This document shows positions 46,330-56,829 of a DNA stretch of 64,000 nt, piece after piece. The notes beneath the pieces are model-generated. The model had not been told where the DNA came from. It searched no databases and saw only the letters and a program-made list of their open reading frames with translations. Origin of the DNA: an uncultured Phaeodactylibacter sp. (lineage in GTDB: Bacteria > Bacteroidota > Bacteroidia > Chitinophagales > Saprospiraceae); contig CAZNHN010000002.1 of assembly GCA_964572415.1 (NCBI GenBank), forward strand, positions 2,381 to 66,380. The letters are read 5' to 3'. How positions within the stretch are numbered: the first letter of the stretch is position 1; every line of letters begins with the position of its first letter. Position numbers and translations under genes: made by a program.

Positions 46330-47481
46330 CTAAAAATCCAGCCATTTTTGATCACTCGCAGAGGACTCAATAACGCGGTCAATGAATTGCATGCCGCGCA
46401 CCCCATCCTCAACAGTTGGGAAATCTTCATATACCGGATTCACCTCCTTTCCTGATAGCCTGGCGCGCAGGCAATGGGCAAAGTTCCGGTAAATATTCGC
46501 AAAAGCCTCGAGGTAGCCTTCGGGGTGCCCCGCCGGGATGCGCGCGGCAGACTGAGCTGCAGAATGAAGGTCTCCTACGCCAGTACGAAGCAGTTGTTCA
46601 GGCTTATCCAGCCAGCGCACTTTCAGGTCATTGGGATACATCTGGTGCCACTCCAGCCCGCCTTTTTCTCCGTATACCCGAATGTGCAGCGCGTTTTCTT
46701 CCCCGGCTGCCACCTGTGTCGCGTAAAGGATGCCCCGGGCACCATTATCAAAACGGAGCAGCACGCTTCCGTCATCATCCAGCTGCCGCCCTTCCACGAA
46801 AGTGTGGAGGTCGGCACACAGCTTCGTGATCCGGAGCCCGGTAATGTATTCCGCCAGGTTCTCGGCATGAGTACCTATATCGCCCATTGCACCTGCTGCA
46901 CCGGATCGCTTAGGATCGGTACGCCAGGAAGCTTGCTTTTGATTGGTCGCTTCCAGCCGTGTGGAAAGCCATCCCTGCGGATAGCCGACAATGACTTTGC
47001 GGATAGCCCCAAGCTCACCGTTACGGACCATTGCCCGCGCCTGTTTGACCATGGGATACCCGGTATAATTGTGGGTCAGTGCAAATAACAACCCGGTCGA
47101 CTCTACGAGTTGTTGCAGTTCTTTTGCTTCAGCAGTATTAAAGGAAAGCGGTTTGTCGCATACAACAGAGAAGCCATTTTCCAGCGCCATTTTTGCCGGC
47201 GGGAAATGGACATGGTTGGGTGTGACGATAGATACGAAATCCATGCGCTCACTTTCTGGCAGGTCTTTTTCCTCCAGGATCATTTCCCGAAAGCTGCCAT
47301 ATACCCGATGAGGCGGCAGGTACAAATCAGCTCCGGAGGCTTTGGATTTCTCCGGATCACTACTGAAAGCACCGCATACCAGCTCAATTTCACCATCCAG
47401 GGTAGCAGCCATTCTGTGCACAGCACCAATAAAGGCGCCGCGACCGCCGCCTACCATTCCCATACGGATTTTTCGGCTCAT
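46330..47481 (-). CDS. Gfo/Idh/MocA family oxidoreductase
   Basis: GMVGGGRGAFIG, IVTPNHVH, CDKPL, GDIGTH, GHPEGYLEAFANIY. Confidence 0.93.
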   Translation of the reverse strand: MSRKIRMGMVGGGRGAFIGAVHRMAATLDGEIELVCGAFSSDPEKSKASGADLYLPPHRVYGSFREMILEEKDLPESERMDFVSIVTPNHVHFPPAKMALENGFSVVCDKPLSFNTAEAKELQQLVESTGLLFALTHNYTGYPMVKQARAMVRNGELGAIRKVIVGYPQGWLSTRLEATNQKQASWRTDPKRSGAAGAMGDIGTHAENLAEYITGLRITKLCADLHTFVEGRQLDDDGSVLLRFDNGARGILYATQVAAGEENALHIRVYGEKGGLEWHQMYPNDLKVRWLDKPEQLLRTGVGDLHSAAQSAARIPAGHPEGYLEAFANIYRNFAHCLRARLSGKEVNPVYEDFPTVEDGVRGMQFIDRVIESSASDQKWLDF

Positions 47482-47522
47482 ATAGATAGTCTGCTAATTA
47501 TAATCTCTCTTTAGTCAGGATT

Positions 47523-47530
47523 CAAATCTA
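47523..47530 (-). promoter_or_regulatory. -7 promoter element (TAGATTTG) for the oxidoreductase
   Basis: TAnnTTTG ~42 nt upstream of ATG 47481. Confidence 0.45.
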
Positions 47531-47804
47531 AGGTTTTGCCCGCTATATGACCATAATAATACGCATATTTTTTCAAAAAGGCTAAAATTTGATTGGGCAA
47601 GCTTTTCCAAAAAAGTAATGAATACAAGATATCTGAGGCTTTCGCCTGAGAAAAAAGGGCAAAGACCATACCTCTTAAAATTGCAAGTCATTTTGGAAAA
47701 AAGTAATTAAACCTCCGTTATGCTGCTACTGTTCTCACATAGCTGCCGGGGATATTCTGCCATCCCTGACTGCTAAATTCATCACAAAAGGCCCAAACTG
47801 CTTT

Positions 47805-48224
47805 ATGCCCAAAACGATTGTGTACGCACTGGAAGAGGTCGATAAAACTGCCAAAAGGCTACTTGAGGCAGCAGGGCCGGAACGGACGATCTGGACCTTT
47901 ACCGGAGAAATTGGTGCAGGCAAAACAACACTTATCAAAGCGATATGCCGTACATTAGGCTTTGAAGGATCAGTAAGCAGCCCTACCTTTTCCCTCGTCA
48001 ATGAATACGAAGATCAGTTGGGCGATACCTTCTACCATATGGATCTTTACCGCTTAAATGATACAGAAGAAGCGCTGGATATCGGGATTGAAGAATACCT
48101 CGACAGCGGCCGGCGTTGTCTGATTGAGTGGCCGGGTATGATTGAGTATTTGCTCCCGGAGGATACTTTCCGAATAAAGCTGGAGATAGCGTCTGATTCC
48201 AGCCGGAAAATTATATTTTTGTAA
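47805..48224 (+). CDS. tsaE: tRNA threonylcarbamoyladenosine biosynthesis ATPase TsaE
   Basis: GEIGAGKTT, VSSPTFSLVNEY, HMDLYRL, LIEWP. Confidence 0.96.
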   Translation: MPKTIVYALEEVDKTAKRLLEAAGPERTIWTFTGEIGAGKTTLIKAICRTLGFEGSVSSPTFSLVNEYEDQLGDTFYHMDLYRLNDTEEALDIGIEEYLDSGRRCLIEWPGMIEYLLPEDTFRIKLEIASDSSRKIIFL

Positions 48225-48249
48225 GTTACCAGGAAAGCCATACCTTAAT

Positions 48250-49482
48250 ATGAGCGATAAACAGAAAAAGAAGATACCCATTCCTAAAGAGTTTACCGAA
48301 CAGCAATTCGTTCCACAGACCGAAATGCTGCAGGTCAGCAAAAAGCCCAGTAAACTTTACATTGGTATTCCCAAGGAAATCACCATGCAGGAGAACCGGG
48401 TAGCGCTTGTCCCTTCTTCGGTTGCAACGCTCATTGGTCATGGCCATCGCGTGGTGGTAGAATCCGGTGCAGGCGAAGAGTCCAGTTATTCTGACCATGA
48501 CTACTCTGAAACGGGAGCAGATATTGCCTACAGTGCAGAGCAGGTCTATAAAGCGGATGTGATCATTAAAGTGGCACCGCCTACACAGGCGGAGATCGAG
48601 CTGATGCACCCGAACCAAATTCTGATTTCTCCTTTACAGCTGCCAATCATCAATGCAGACTACATCAATAAACTGCGGCAGAAGCGGGTTATCGCCCTGG
48701 CTATGGAGTACATCAAGGATGAATCTGACACTTTCCCGATCGTACGCATCATGAGTGAGATGGCCGGCATCAGCGCAATGCTAACGGCAGCAGAGCTAAT
48801 GGCGACAACGAGTGGCGGGAAAGGAGTTTTGCTGGGCGGTATTTCCGGTGTGCCCAGTGCTAAGGTGGTTATCCTGGGTGCAGGCATAGTTGCTGAATAC
48901 GCTACACGTACTGCCCTTGGCCTTGGTGCAGAAGTCCGCATTTTTGATAACAATATTTACAAACTTAAACGCCTGCAGAATCAGGTGGGCCGGCCGCTGT
49001 ATACCTCCGCTATCAACCCTCACTATTTGGAAGCGGAACTCATTTACGCTGACGTGGCTATCGGCGCCATGCACTCCAAATCAGGGCGTACGCCTGTCGT
49101 TGTGAGTGAGGAAATGGTCATGAATATGAAGCCGGGCGCTGTTATTATTGATGTGAGTATTGACCAGGGCGGGTGCTTTGCTACTTCCGAGGTAACTACC
49201 TTTGATCATCCGACCTTTACCAAGCACGAGGTTATTCACTACTGCGTACCCAATATTGCTTCCAGGGTAGCCCGTACAGCATCAGTTGCGGTCAGCAATA
49301 TTCTTACGCCTATCTTGCTTAAAGCGGGCAGCACAGGCAGCATTGAACATCTGCTATTCAATAATCACGGGCTGCGCCATGGAGTATACACCTACAAGGG
49401 CTGCCTGACGAATAACTACCTGGGGGAACGGTTCTCTATCAAATCCACAGACCTTGACTTGCTAATCACTTCAAATCTTTAG
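48250..49482 (+). CDS. Alanine dehydrogenase/transhydrogenase-dI family protein (Bacteroidota type)
   Basis: IPKEITMQENRVAL, ILGAGIVA, IIDVSIDQGGCF, HYCVPNI. The canonical catalytic Lys and His positions look substituted (KVAPP, SPLQL). Confidence 0.8.
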   Translation: MSDKQKKKIPIPKEFTEQQFVPQTEMLQVSKKPSKLYIGIPKEITMQENRVALVPSSVATLIGHGHRVVVESGAGEESSYSDHDYSETGADIAYSAEQVYKADVIIKVAPPTQAEIELMHPNQILISPLQLPIINADYINKLRQKRVIALAMEYIKDESDTFPIVRIMSEMAGISAMLTAAELMATTSGGKGVLLGGISGVPSAKVVILGAGIVAEYATRTALGLGAEVRIFDNNIYKLKRLQNQVGRPLYTSAINPHYLEAELIYADVAIGAMHSKSGRTPVVVSEEMVMNMKPGAVIIDVSIDQGGCFATSEVTTFDHPTFTKHEVIHYCVPNIASRVARTASVAVSNILTPILLKAGSTGSIEHLLFNNHGLRHGVYTYKGCLTNNYLGERFSIKSTDLDLLITSNL

Positions 49483-49492
49483 CTCCCGATTT

Positions 49493-50504
49493 TTATTCCA
49501 TATAATGGGCTTTTACCCATCCGATCACTGAACCGTACGACACCATCCACCATTCGGGAGTCGTATACTCAATCACCTGTAGTTCCTGCCCTTTGGACAA
49601 CCGGGCAATTGAATGCTTCTGCTGATCTCCTGTTAGCCCTGCGACCATATTGGCAGGTGTATGAAGCCGTGCACGGCGTGGCGCAGGTGGCAGCTCCGCC
49701 TCAGCAACATACTGCAGCATTCCCGGGTGTCCGGGTCCTCCTGCTTCTGCAGAAATTCCAACCGTAGCGACTATTTCAGGGTATGGTCTGCCGGCAGCCT
49801 GTATGCTTAATTCATAAATCGCTGCCCCGTAGTCAAATGGGGGCAACGGCTCTGTTTCTTCTATAAAAACCGGCGTAATTCGCTCTACTGGTATTGGAGG
49901 CGGCGCAGCGTAGGCAACGGCTTTTGCCGGCGTGGTCATTTCAGGGGCACCTCCAAAGTGAGTTGGCAGATCATCTTCCTTGAATGCAATATTCACCAGT
50001 TCAATCCGTGCTTTGGGATATGCCGGCACCGGAGGCACTACTACGTTAGTATCACCCCAAACTACCAATAAGCCGGAGGGCTCAGATTCAATAATGATGG
50101 GGTCAATTTTGACATTTGGAAGCCCGGGCACCACGGGAGCTCTGCTTGTGACAGGTGGGGAAGCCCCCCGTTCTGATGGCACTACAAAGTCCTGCTTCAA
50201 TGCGAACCAAGTAAGGTGGATGATCAAGCATCTGAATTAAAACTTCGTGCTCAGAGCCTGCCTCAAGGTATAAATGATAGTCCGGACCGGAAAAGCGGCT
50301 CAGCCTTACCAACTGCCGCTGGCCATCCGCTGTGATTTTATAGGCATCAAGGTGGAATGGAATGGCTTCAGCACCAGGCAGGCTGCTCAGGATTTGGCCC
50401 TGTAGCCGAACGTAGCGCCCCTGCCCTTCGGCTGTGCTGTGCGTCAGCATTAGCAAAAGATATACCAATGCCGTTAGTTGTTGTATTTTTTTTCTCATAG
50501 TCAT
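49493..50504 (-). pseudogene. Secreted protein with Pro-rich linker and C-terminal SH3b-like domain, apparently split by a frameshift at the C6 run 50164-50169
   Basis: The N-part (ORF 50103..50636, from MTMRKKIQQ) has a signal peptide; the C-part (ORF 49493..50227) ends LSKGQELQVIEYTTPEWWMVSYGSVIGWVKAHY (SH3). Removing one base from the homopolymer fuses them. Confidence 0.55.
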
Positions 50505-50717
50505 ACCGGGATCATGGGGGGGTAAACAGCCGCAATCATTTTTCAATCTGGCTATCCCATGAGCCTTTTCAGACCTGGCGAAAGACAGACCGACGCCGCT
50601 TACCCGGCATTTTGCGCACCTTCTCAAGCTGACCAAAGAGTCAGGCTTTAAGCGCTCTTAGTTTTACGCCTGTATGAGCAGGAAGGTTGCAATTCGAACA
50701 GCAGGATTTGCAGCCCC

Positions 50718-51932
50718 CTACCATTGCTTGGCCTTATAGGGATACCTGATCATGTATTGCTCATGGACCATTTGCTGCAGCTTCTTCCTTAGATCATCAA
50801 TATTTTCTTTAGTTGCTGCAGAAACAAACATACATTCCTGATCGAACATATGACGAAGGTTGCCAAGTAAGCCCTCCTCAATTTCCTGTTTGCCTTCTTC
50901 CGTCAATAAATCATCGTAGTTGCGCTCACGGTACAAATCAATCTTATTGAAGACCAGTAAAGTTGGCTTATCAATGGCTTCCAGGTCCCTGAGCGTGCTG
51001 TTCACGGTACGCACATGGTCTTCGTGCAGCGGGTGCGCCACATCCACTACGTGAAGGAGGATATCGCTCTCCCGCACTTCATCAAGGGTTGACTTAAAGC
51101 TTTCCACAAGGTGGTGCGGCAATTTCCGGATAAACCCGACTGTATCAGAAAGCAGGAAAGGCATGCGGTCAATGACGACTTTCCGAACAGTGGTATCCAG
51201 CGTAGCGAAGAGTTTGTTCTCAGCGAACACCTCTGACTTGCTAAGCAGGTTCATTAGCGTCGACTTGCCAACGTTCGTATAGCCAACCAGGGCTACCCTG
51301 ATCATATTACCACGTTGCTTGCGCTGCGTCTGATTCTGCTGATCTATTTTTTCGAGCTTCTTCTTAAGCAAAGAGATTTTATCCCGCACAATTCGGCGGT
51401 CCGTCTCAATCTCCTTCTCACCCGGGCCACGCATACCGATACCACCGCGCTGCCGCTCCAGGTGGGTCCAGAGCCCCCGCAACCGGGGCAGGAGGTACTG
51501 AAGTTGTGCCAGCTCCACCTGTGTCTTGGCCTGAGCCGTTTGTGCCCGGCTGGCGAAAATATCCAGGATAAGGGTACTGCGGTCGATGATTTTTAGCTTG
51601 AGAAACTCCTCAAGGATATTAACCTGCTTGCCCGAAAGGTCATCGTCAAAAATGACCATACTGATCTCCTCGCGGGCATCAACGTATTCCTTGATTTCCT
51701 CTAATTTCCCCTTGCCAACGAAAGTACGTTTATCCGGATGGTTGAGCTTCTGAATAAATCGCTTCCGGGTTTTTGCACCAGCAGTAAGGGCCAGGAATTC
51801 CAGCTCGTCCAGGTACTCTTCCACCTCCTCCTCTGTCTGAAGCTGACCGACTACGCCTACCAGAATGGCATACTCTTTCTTTTGCTTTAAACCCTTCTTG
51901 TCTTTTGTACCTATTGTCCAGTCGTGTGCCAT
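50718..51932 (-). CDS. hflX: GTPase HflX
   Basis: GKGKLEEI, IDRSTLILDIF, GPGEKEIETDRR, GYTNVGKST, DTVGF, NKID. Confidence 0.97.
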   Translation of the reverse strand: MAHDWTIGTKDKKGLKQKKEYAILVGVVGQLQTEEEVEEYLDELEFLALTAGAKTRKRFIQKLNHPDKRTFVGKGKLEEIKEYVDAREEISMVIFDDDLSGKQVNILEEFLKLKIIDRSTLILDIFASRAQTAQAKTQVELAQLQYLLPRLRGLWTHLERQRGGIGMRGPGEKEIETDRRIVRDKISLLKKKLEKIDQQNQTQRKQRGNMIRVALVGYTNVGKSTLMNLLSKSEVFAENKLFATLDTTVRKVVIDRMPFLLSDTVGFIRKLPHHLVESFKSTLDEVRESDILLHVVDVAHPLHEDHVRTVNSTLRDLEAIDKPTLLVFNKIDLYRERNYDDLLTEEGKQEIEEGLLGNLRHMFDQECMFVSAATKENIDDLRKKLQQMVHEQYMIRYPYKAKQW

Positions 51933-51978
51933 AAATGCTTTGTAGTGAATAATTTGCGTAAGACCGACTCACGCTATT

Positions 51979-53256
51979 TTATCTTACCGGGCTTCCCAGC
52001 CAAATTTCAGGATTGAGCTTCTGGGTACCTTTCCAGATTTCAAAATGTACGGTATTCCCGGAAGCCGCCAACCGGCCAATAGGCTGATTGGGCGCAACCG
52101 GCTGACCTTTTTCCACAAATACCTCCTCTATGCGGTAATATAAGGTAAAAAAATCGCCATGGTTGACCAGCACAGCATTTTGGTATACCGGTACAAAGGT
52201 GATGTGCGTAACCTCTCCTTCGCAGACCGGAAAAACGTCTGCCCCGTTTTGGGTTTGTATTTCAATACCATTGTTCGGCAGCTTCAACCCTGTATCTTCC
52301 ATAACAATTGCATTGCCAAAGGACTTACTTACCTGCCCGGAACGCACCGGCCAGGGCAGCTGCCCCCGCTGACTGCTAAAATTGCTGGAAAGCACCCTGC
52401 CAGCTTCCACTTTGGCACCGGGAGCTTCGGGTTGTGCCGGGTTCTCCGATGGCACCCGTTCGCGGGCTTCCCGGCGTTTGCGGGACATTTCCGCCACGAT
52501 GATATCCTCGATGGCCTGGTTCAGTCCCTCATGAGCCGCCTGTTGTTCATCCAGCTTTGCCATTAACTGTTTCTCGCTGGTATTAAGTTTCTTCAACAGG
52601 CGGTTTTTTTCCTGAAATTCTTCCTGAAGGAGATCAGTTTGGCGCTTTTGGGCCAAAAGCAATTCTTGCTGCTCAGCCCGGCGTAGCTCAAGCTGTGCCG
52701 TACGCTCCGTGAGCATTTCCTGAGTTTCGATTATGTTGACAGCTTGTTTCTTACGGAAGCGATCATACTGCCGGATGTACTGCCAGCGGCTAAAAGCATC
52801 ATTAAAGCTTTCGGCGGAAAACAGGAAGACCAGCATGCTCTGACTTAGTTTGTGCCGGTAAGCCACCCGCATGGTGTGGGCGTACTCTTCCTTAAGGCGC
52901 TTGATATCTCCCTGAAGCGCAGCAAGCACTACCTCGGAACGCCGGATACTGGCATCTACCTGCCTGAGTTCTTCTTCTAAGGTACGGATAAGTTCCTGAC
53001 GGTTCCGGATTTGGGTGCGCAGCGCAATGTATTGTTCGAGGGTTGCTTCCTTATCTTTTTGAGTATCATTCAGAGCGGCCTCTGTGACTTGTATTTCTTT
53101 CAGCAGCCTTTCCCGTTTGCGTTCAAGGTCTTCCCTGTTTTGTCCGCTGAGCAACAAGGGTAAACACAAAGCGCCCAGGAAAAACAAGACTGTCAAACCA
53201 AGCCGGGCAAGGGCCAGTGGTCTATTTGGCTCGTGTATATCTGGATGGGATATCAA
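51979..53256 (-). CDS. envC: Murein hydrolase activator EnvC family (coiled coil + M23)
   Basis: Long coiled coil, RGQLPWPV, NNGIEI, degenerate M23 motif, HFEIW. Confidence 0.85.
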   Translation of the reverse strand: MISHPDIHEPNRPLALARLGLTVLFFLGALCLPLLLSGQNREDLERKRERLLKEIQVTEAALNDTQKDKEATLEQYIALRTQIRNRQELIRTLEEELRQVDASIRRSEVVLAALQGDIKRLKEEYAHTMRVAYRHKLSQSMLVFLFSAESFNDAFSRWQYIRQYDRFRKKQAVNIIETQEMLTERTAQLELRRAEQQELLLAQKRQTDLLQEEFQEKNRLLKKLNTSEKQLMAKLDEQQAAHEGLNQAIEDIIVAEMSRKRREARERVPSENPAQPEAPGAKVEAGRVLSSNFSSQRGQLPWPVRSGQVSKSFGNAIVMEDTGLKLPNNGIEIQTQNGADVFPVCEGEVTHITFVPVYQNAVLVNHGDFFTLYYRIEEVFVEKGQPVAPNQPIGRLAASGNTVHFEIWKGTQKLNPEIWLGSPVR

Positions 53257-53992
53257 ATTTTACTGGTTTTGGGACATTCAGTGTTACGTTGCTGAACTGC
53301 AGCGTAACGTTTGCCTGACCGGAATACTTACTTTCCAGCATAAGGTTACGAATATAGGAAAATTTCTGCTCTCCTTCCAGATCCTGGTAGTCTTCAAGTA
53401 AGGCACTCATTTCCTGATCGTTAAGCAGATCTTTGAATGCCATTTTTTTCAGTAGAAAGTCCGAGGTGCCAATTAGGTATTCTGCCGACACTTTTTCGCT
53501 GCCTGCCTTCAGACGGTAGGTAGGGCCAAGGGGCTCTATCTCCATATCTCTGCTCCCCAGAAAGACTGGGTTGCCAAGTATGAAATCCTGAAGTTCTGCA
53601 AGGCTACCTGCCGGTAAGCCATAGGACTCTGCCAGATAAGCCAAACCTTCAACGGTATATTCTTTATTGAAACGGTCGACCACGTAGACGGAATCCCGCG
53701 TCACCTGTGCCCGGGCAATTTCAAAGCCCAGCTTCTTCACACTCAGCCACAGCAAGCTATCCTTTTTCATGCGGATCGTAGCCGTAGCAGACACTGACAT
53801 ATCATTATCGGCATAGTCAATACGCAAACGGCTGTCAAACCAGTCTGGCGACAGGCGTTGCTTGTCCATACGTTTCAGCAGGCTCGAAGCCGTCATCCCT
53901 TTATCAGCGACACCTTTGGACTTGCGGATGGTGGAACAACTATTCAGTGAAAGGACCGCCAGGAGCAGCAGAAAAAAAGAAGTGTACTTCAT
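53222..53992 (-). CDS. DUF4292 domain lipoprotein
   Basis: Lipobox LNSC; IRMKKDSLLWLSV..LGFE; typical position between the TPR gene and envC. Confidence 0.85.
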   Translation of the reverse strand: MKYTSFFLLLLAVLSLNSCSTIRKSKGVADKGMTASSLLKRMDKQRLSPDWFDSRLRIDYADNDMSVSATATIRMKKDSLLWLSVKKLGFEIARAQVTRDSVYVVDRFNKEYTVEGLAYLAESYGLPAGSLAELQDFILGNPVFLGSRDMEIEPLGPTYRLKAGSEKVSAEYLIGTSDFLLKKMAFKDLLNDQEMSALLEDYQDLEGEQKFSYIRNLMLESKYSGQANVTLQFSNVTLNVPKPVKFDIPSRYTRAK

Positions 53993-54062
53993 GGTAGCAT
54001 TTGTTAGTAAATAAAGCCAGCGCATGGCTTCATGAAAACAGACGGGACTCAGTCGGCTTTGG

Positions 54063-55817
54063 TTACTCGATCAGCTTGCGTTGCTCGATTTTTTGCTCCA
54101 GCATGGAAGACCCGGAACCTGCAGTACGCGCTTTCTTCCAGTACCCTACAGCTTCCTCTACTTTTCCAAGCTGAAAAACGGCATCCCCGAGGTGCTCCAA
54201 AATAACCGGGCTGTTGCTGCCTCCATTGTCCAGAGCACGTTGTAACCAGGCACGTGCTTTCTGGTAATCCCCCTTTTGATAAAGTACCCATCCCAGCTGC
54301 ATCTGATATTCGGCCTGCCCGGGTAATAGTTCATTTGCTTTTTGTGCCATCTGTTCAGCCTCTTTGAGTCGTTCTCCGCGCAGGGCTAATGCGTAAGCAT
54401 ACCTGGCGAGGGCAGGTGGCGCCGTGTCATCAGTGGCCAAAGCTTTTGCGAAAGCTTCGCCGGCGGCATCAGTATTACCGGCTTCCTCATGCAACAACCC
54501 CTCTAACGACTGAATAAGAACGAGAGCCCGGACATTCCCTCCCGCCATGAAACCTGCCTGCTGCAGAGAGGCAAGTGCGGTATCAGGATTGCCCAGATGG
54601 TAGTCTGCCAAAGCATTCATGTAATAGACCATAGGCTGGTTAGGATAATAATCCATGGCCCGCTCACTAAAATCCCTGAGCGCCTTAAACTGAAACGTCT
54701 CTTCGTAAAGCTGCATGATTTGCTCCCAAACCATGAAGTTAGCATTGTCTTCTTCGATTGATTTCAGATACTTAGGCAGGGCTTCCACTTTACGCCCCGA
54801 ATGATAAAGCAGGTCACCGGCCGCAGAAGGAACCTTTGCACTACCAGGGTGGACGTCTTCCAGGATAGCCGTCAATTCCAGCACGGCATCAGCCAGTTTT
54901 TGATCGCCGGTATCAGCTACTTTTTGAATAAAGGGCAGAATGGCTTTTATTTTGGTGTCGATATCTGTATCCGGACTGGCGAAAGGCTCCTTTAAGTTAT
55001 TCAGGTACCGAATTTCATCGCTTTCCATGCCCGACTGCCCGGCAAGGGCCATTTTTGCCTTAGCATTATCCGGATCAATTTCGAGAATGCCGTTATAAAC
55101 CATTTGCGCTTTTTGATCTTCCCCGATTTGTTCATAAAAACCCGCCAGCAGATGCCGGTAGGTTATATTATCCGGGAAGGCATCGATTAGCCGAAGTAGC
55201 TCCCCGGCTGCTTTTTTATCCTGGCGCTGACTCAGGTACAAGGTGTGCTTGCGGCGGATAACTTCTTCATTTAGCCCCAGGCGATCCTCGAGTTCATCAT
55301 AGACCTTTAAGGCGTCCTTAACTTCATTTGCTTTGACTAAAAGGAAGGCAAGGCGATAGTAGCTTTGCTCATCGTTAGGCTCCAGCTCCACAATACGTTC
55401 ATAAATCTCTGCGGCTTCCTTGTACTGACCAGCCTGCTGCTGCAGGTCAGCAAGGAATTTCTGGTACCACAGGTTATGCTCTTCCCACTCTGCTGCGTCT
55501 TTGGCATACTTCAGGCTTTTCTCCTGCTCGTTCTGGGCCTCATATATCCGGGCCATTTCAAAAGCGGCGGTCGCGTTCTGGCGATCTTTGCGCAGAATAC
55601 TTTCAAGAATATCAATTGCCTCTTCGTAGTTGCCCAACAGTTTTTCCCGGCTGGCATCAATGAAAAGCTCCTGAATTTTAACTACTTCCTCATCTATCCG
55701 GTCTACCTGAGCGTACAGACCGGGGGCTGTGTTGAATAACATCAGGACAACCAGCCCGAAAAGGCTGATGAATCCTGATGTGTTTATAGCCCAATCCTTT
55801 CGGAGTTCTTTCCTCAT
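54063..55817 (-). CDS. Tetratricopeptide repeat protein
   Basis: Many TPR-like helices; C-terminal ILEHLGDAVFQLG...AVGYWKKA. Confidence 0.9.
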   Translation of the reverse strand: MRKELRKDWAINTSGFISLFGLVVLMLFNTAPGLYAQVDRIDEEVVKIQELFIDASREKLLGNYEEAIDILESILRKDRQNATAAFEMARIYEAQNEQEKSLKYAKDAAEWEEHNLWYQKFLADLQQQAGQYKEAAEIYERIVELEPNDEQSYYRLAFLLVKANEVKDALKVYDELEDRLGLNEEVIRRKHTLYLSQRQDKKAAGELLRLIDAFPDNITYRHLLAGFYEQIGEDQKAQMVYNGILEIDPDNAKAKMALAGQSGMESDEIRYLNNLKEPFASPDTDIDTKIKAILPFIQKVADTGDQKLADAVLELTAILEDVHPGSAKVPSAAGDLLYHSGRKVEALPKYLKSIEEDNANFMVWEQIMQLYEETFQFKALRDFSERAMDYYPNQPMVYYMNALADYHLGNPDTALASLQQAGFMAGGNVRALVLIQSLEGLLHEEAGNTDAAGEAFAKALATDDTAPPALARYAYALALRGERLKEAEQMAQKANELLPGQAEYQMQLGWVLYQKGDYQKARAWLQRALDNGGSNSPVILEHLGDAVFQLGKVEEAVGYWKKARTAGSGSSMLEQKIEQRKLIE

Positions 55818-55824
55818 AAACTTT

Positions 55825-56829
55825 TTACTTGTATTCGGAGTAGTCGCCGATACTGATTTCCGACTTATTCCCTTCGTAGTCGACCTTGTTGCCCAGCATG
55901 GAATGGCTGAGGTTGGCGTGGCGGACTACGGTGTCATTTTGTATGACCGCATCACTGATAACGGATTGTTCCACTGTTGAATTGTGGCCCAAAGATACAT
56001 GAGGCCCGACAACGCTGTTGCGGATGACGGTATTTTCTCCAATAAAACAGGGAGGAATGATCACCGCATTATCCAAGGTAACACTGTCCGATACGAGTTG
56101 TTCCTTTTCCTGCTTGAGCTGCAACATGCGACGGTTGGTAGCGACCACGTTGTCCTTATTGCCACAGTCCAGCCATTCCTCAATCTGAGCCGAACGGAAC
56201 TTCACGCCGTTGTTTTTAAGGAGCTCCAGAGCAGTGGTAATCTGAAATTCGCCTTTATCCCGAATGTCATTGTCCACCATGTGCTGTAGGGTGTCCCGAA
56301 GGCGCTCCCCGTCCCTTACATAATAAAGTCCGACGATTGCCAAATCAGATACAAAGGTAGGCGACTTTTCCACGAAGTCTGTAATGACGTTATTTTCATC
56401 CGTCTTTACGACCCCGAAGGAGGAAGGGTCGTCGACTTTCTGGCACCAAATGATGCCATCTTCCTTAGGGTCAAAGGTGAAGTTGGCCTTAAAAAGGGTA
56501 TCCGCAAAAGCAACGATACAATTGCCGCTCAGGCTGGGCTTGGCACACAGAATCGCATGGCCCGGTCCGTGGGGGATATCCTGAGTGTAAATAGAGCACC
56601 TGGCTCCTACTTTGGCGGCAATTTCCTGCAATTGCGCCTCCGCTTCTGCTCCGAAATCGCCAATAACAAATGCCACTTCTTCTACTGGTTCATCCAGTGC
56701 TTCGGCGAGATCCTCTACAATGCGCTGCACGATAGGTTTCCCACTAACCGGCAAGAGAGGCTTGGGAATAGTTAGGGTGTGAGGGCGAAGGCGGGATCCC
56801 CGGCCTGCCATGGGGATGATAATCTTCAT
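55825..56829 (-). CDS. Sugar-phosphate nucleotidyltransferase
   Basis: IIPMAGRGSRLRPHTLTIPKPL, FVEKS, WLDCG, C-terminal hexapeptide-like repeats. Confidence 0.92.
   Translation of the reverse strand: MKIIIPMAGRGSRLRPHTLTIPKPLLPVSGKPIVQRIVEDLAEALDEPVEEVAFVIGDFGAEAEAQLQEIAAKVGARCSIYTQDIPHGPGHAILCAKPSLSGNCIVAFADTLFKANFTFDPKEDGIIWCQKVDDPSSFGVVKTDENNVITDFVEKSPTFVSDLAIVGLYYVRDGERLRDTLQHMVDNDIRDKGEFQITTALELLKNNGVKFRSAQIEEWLDCGNKDNVVATNRRMLQLKQEKEQLVSDSVTLDNAVIIPPCFIGENTVIRNSVVGPHVSLGHNSTVEQSVISDAVIQNDTVVRHANLSHSMLGNKVDYEGNKSEISIGDYSEYK

Noticed and set aside
53283-53308. GTTACGTTGC...GCAGCGTAAC hairpin
   Set aside because: It lies inside the DUF4292 coding sequence and reflects a repeated NVTL peptide; no evidence for a regulatory role.
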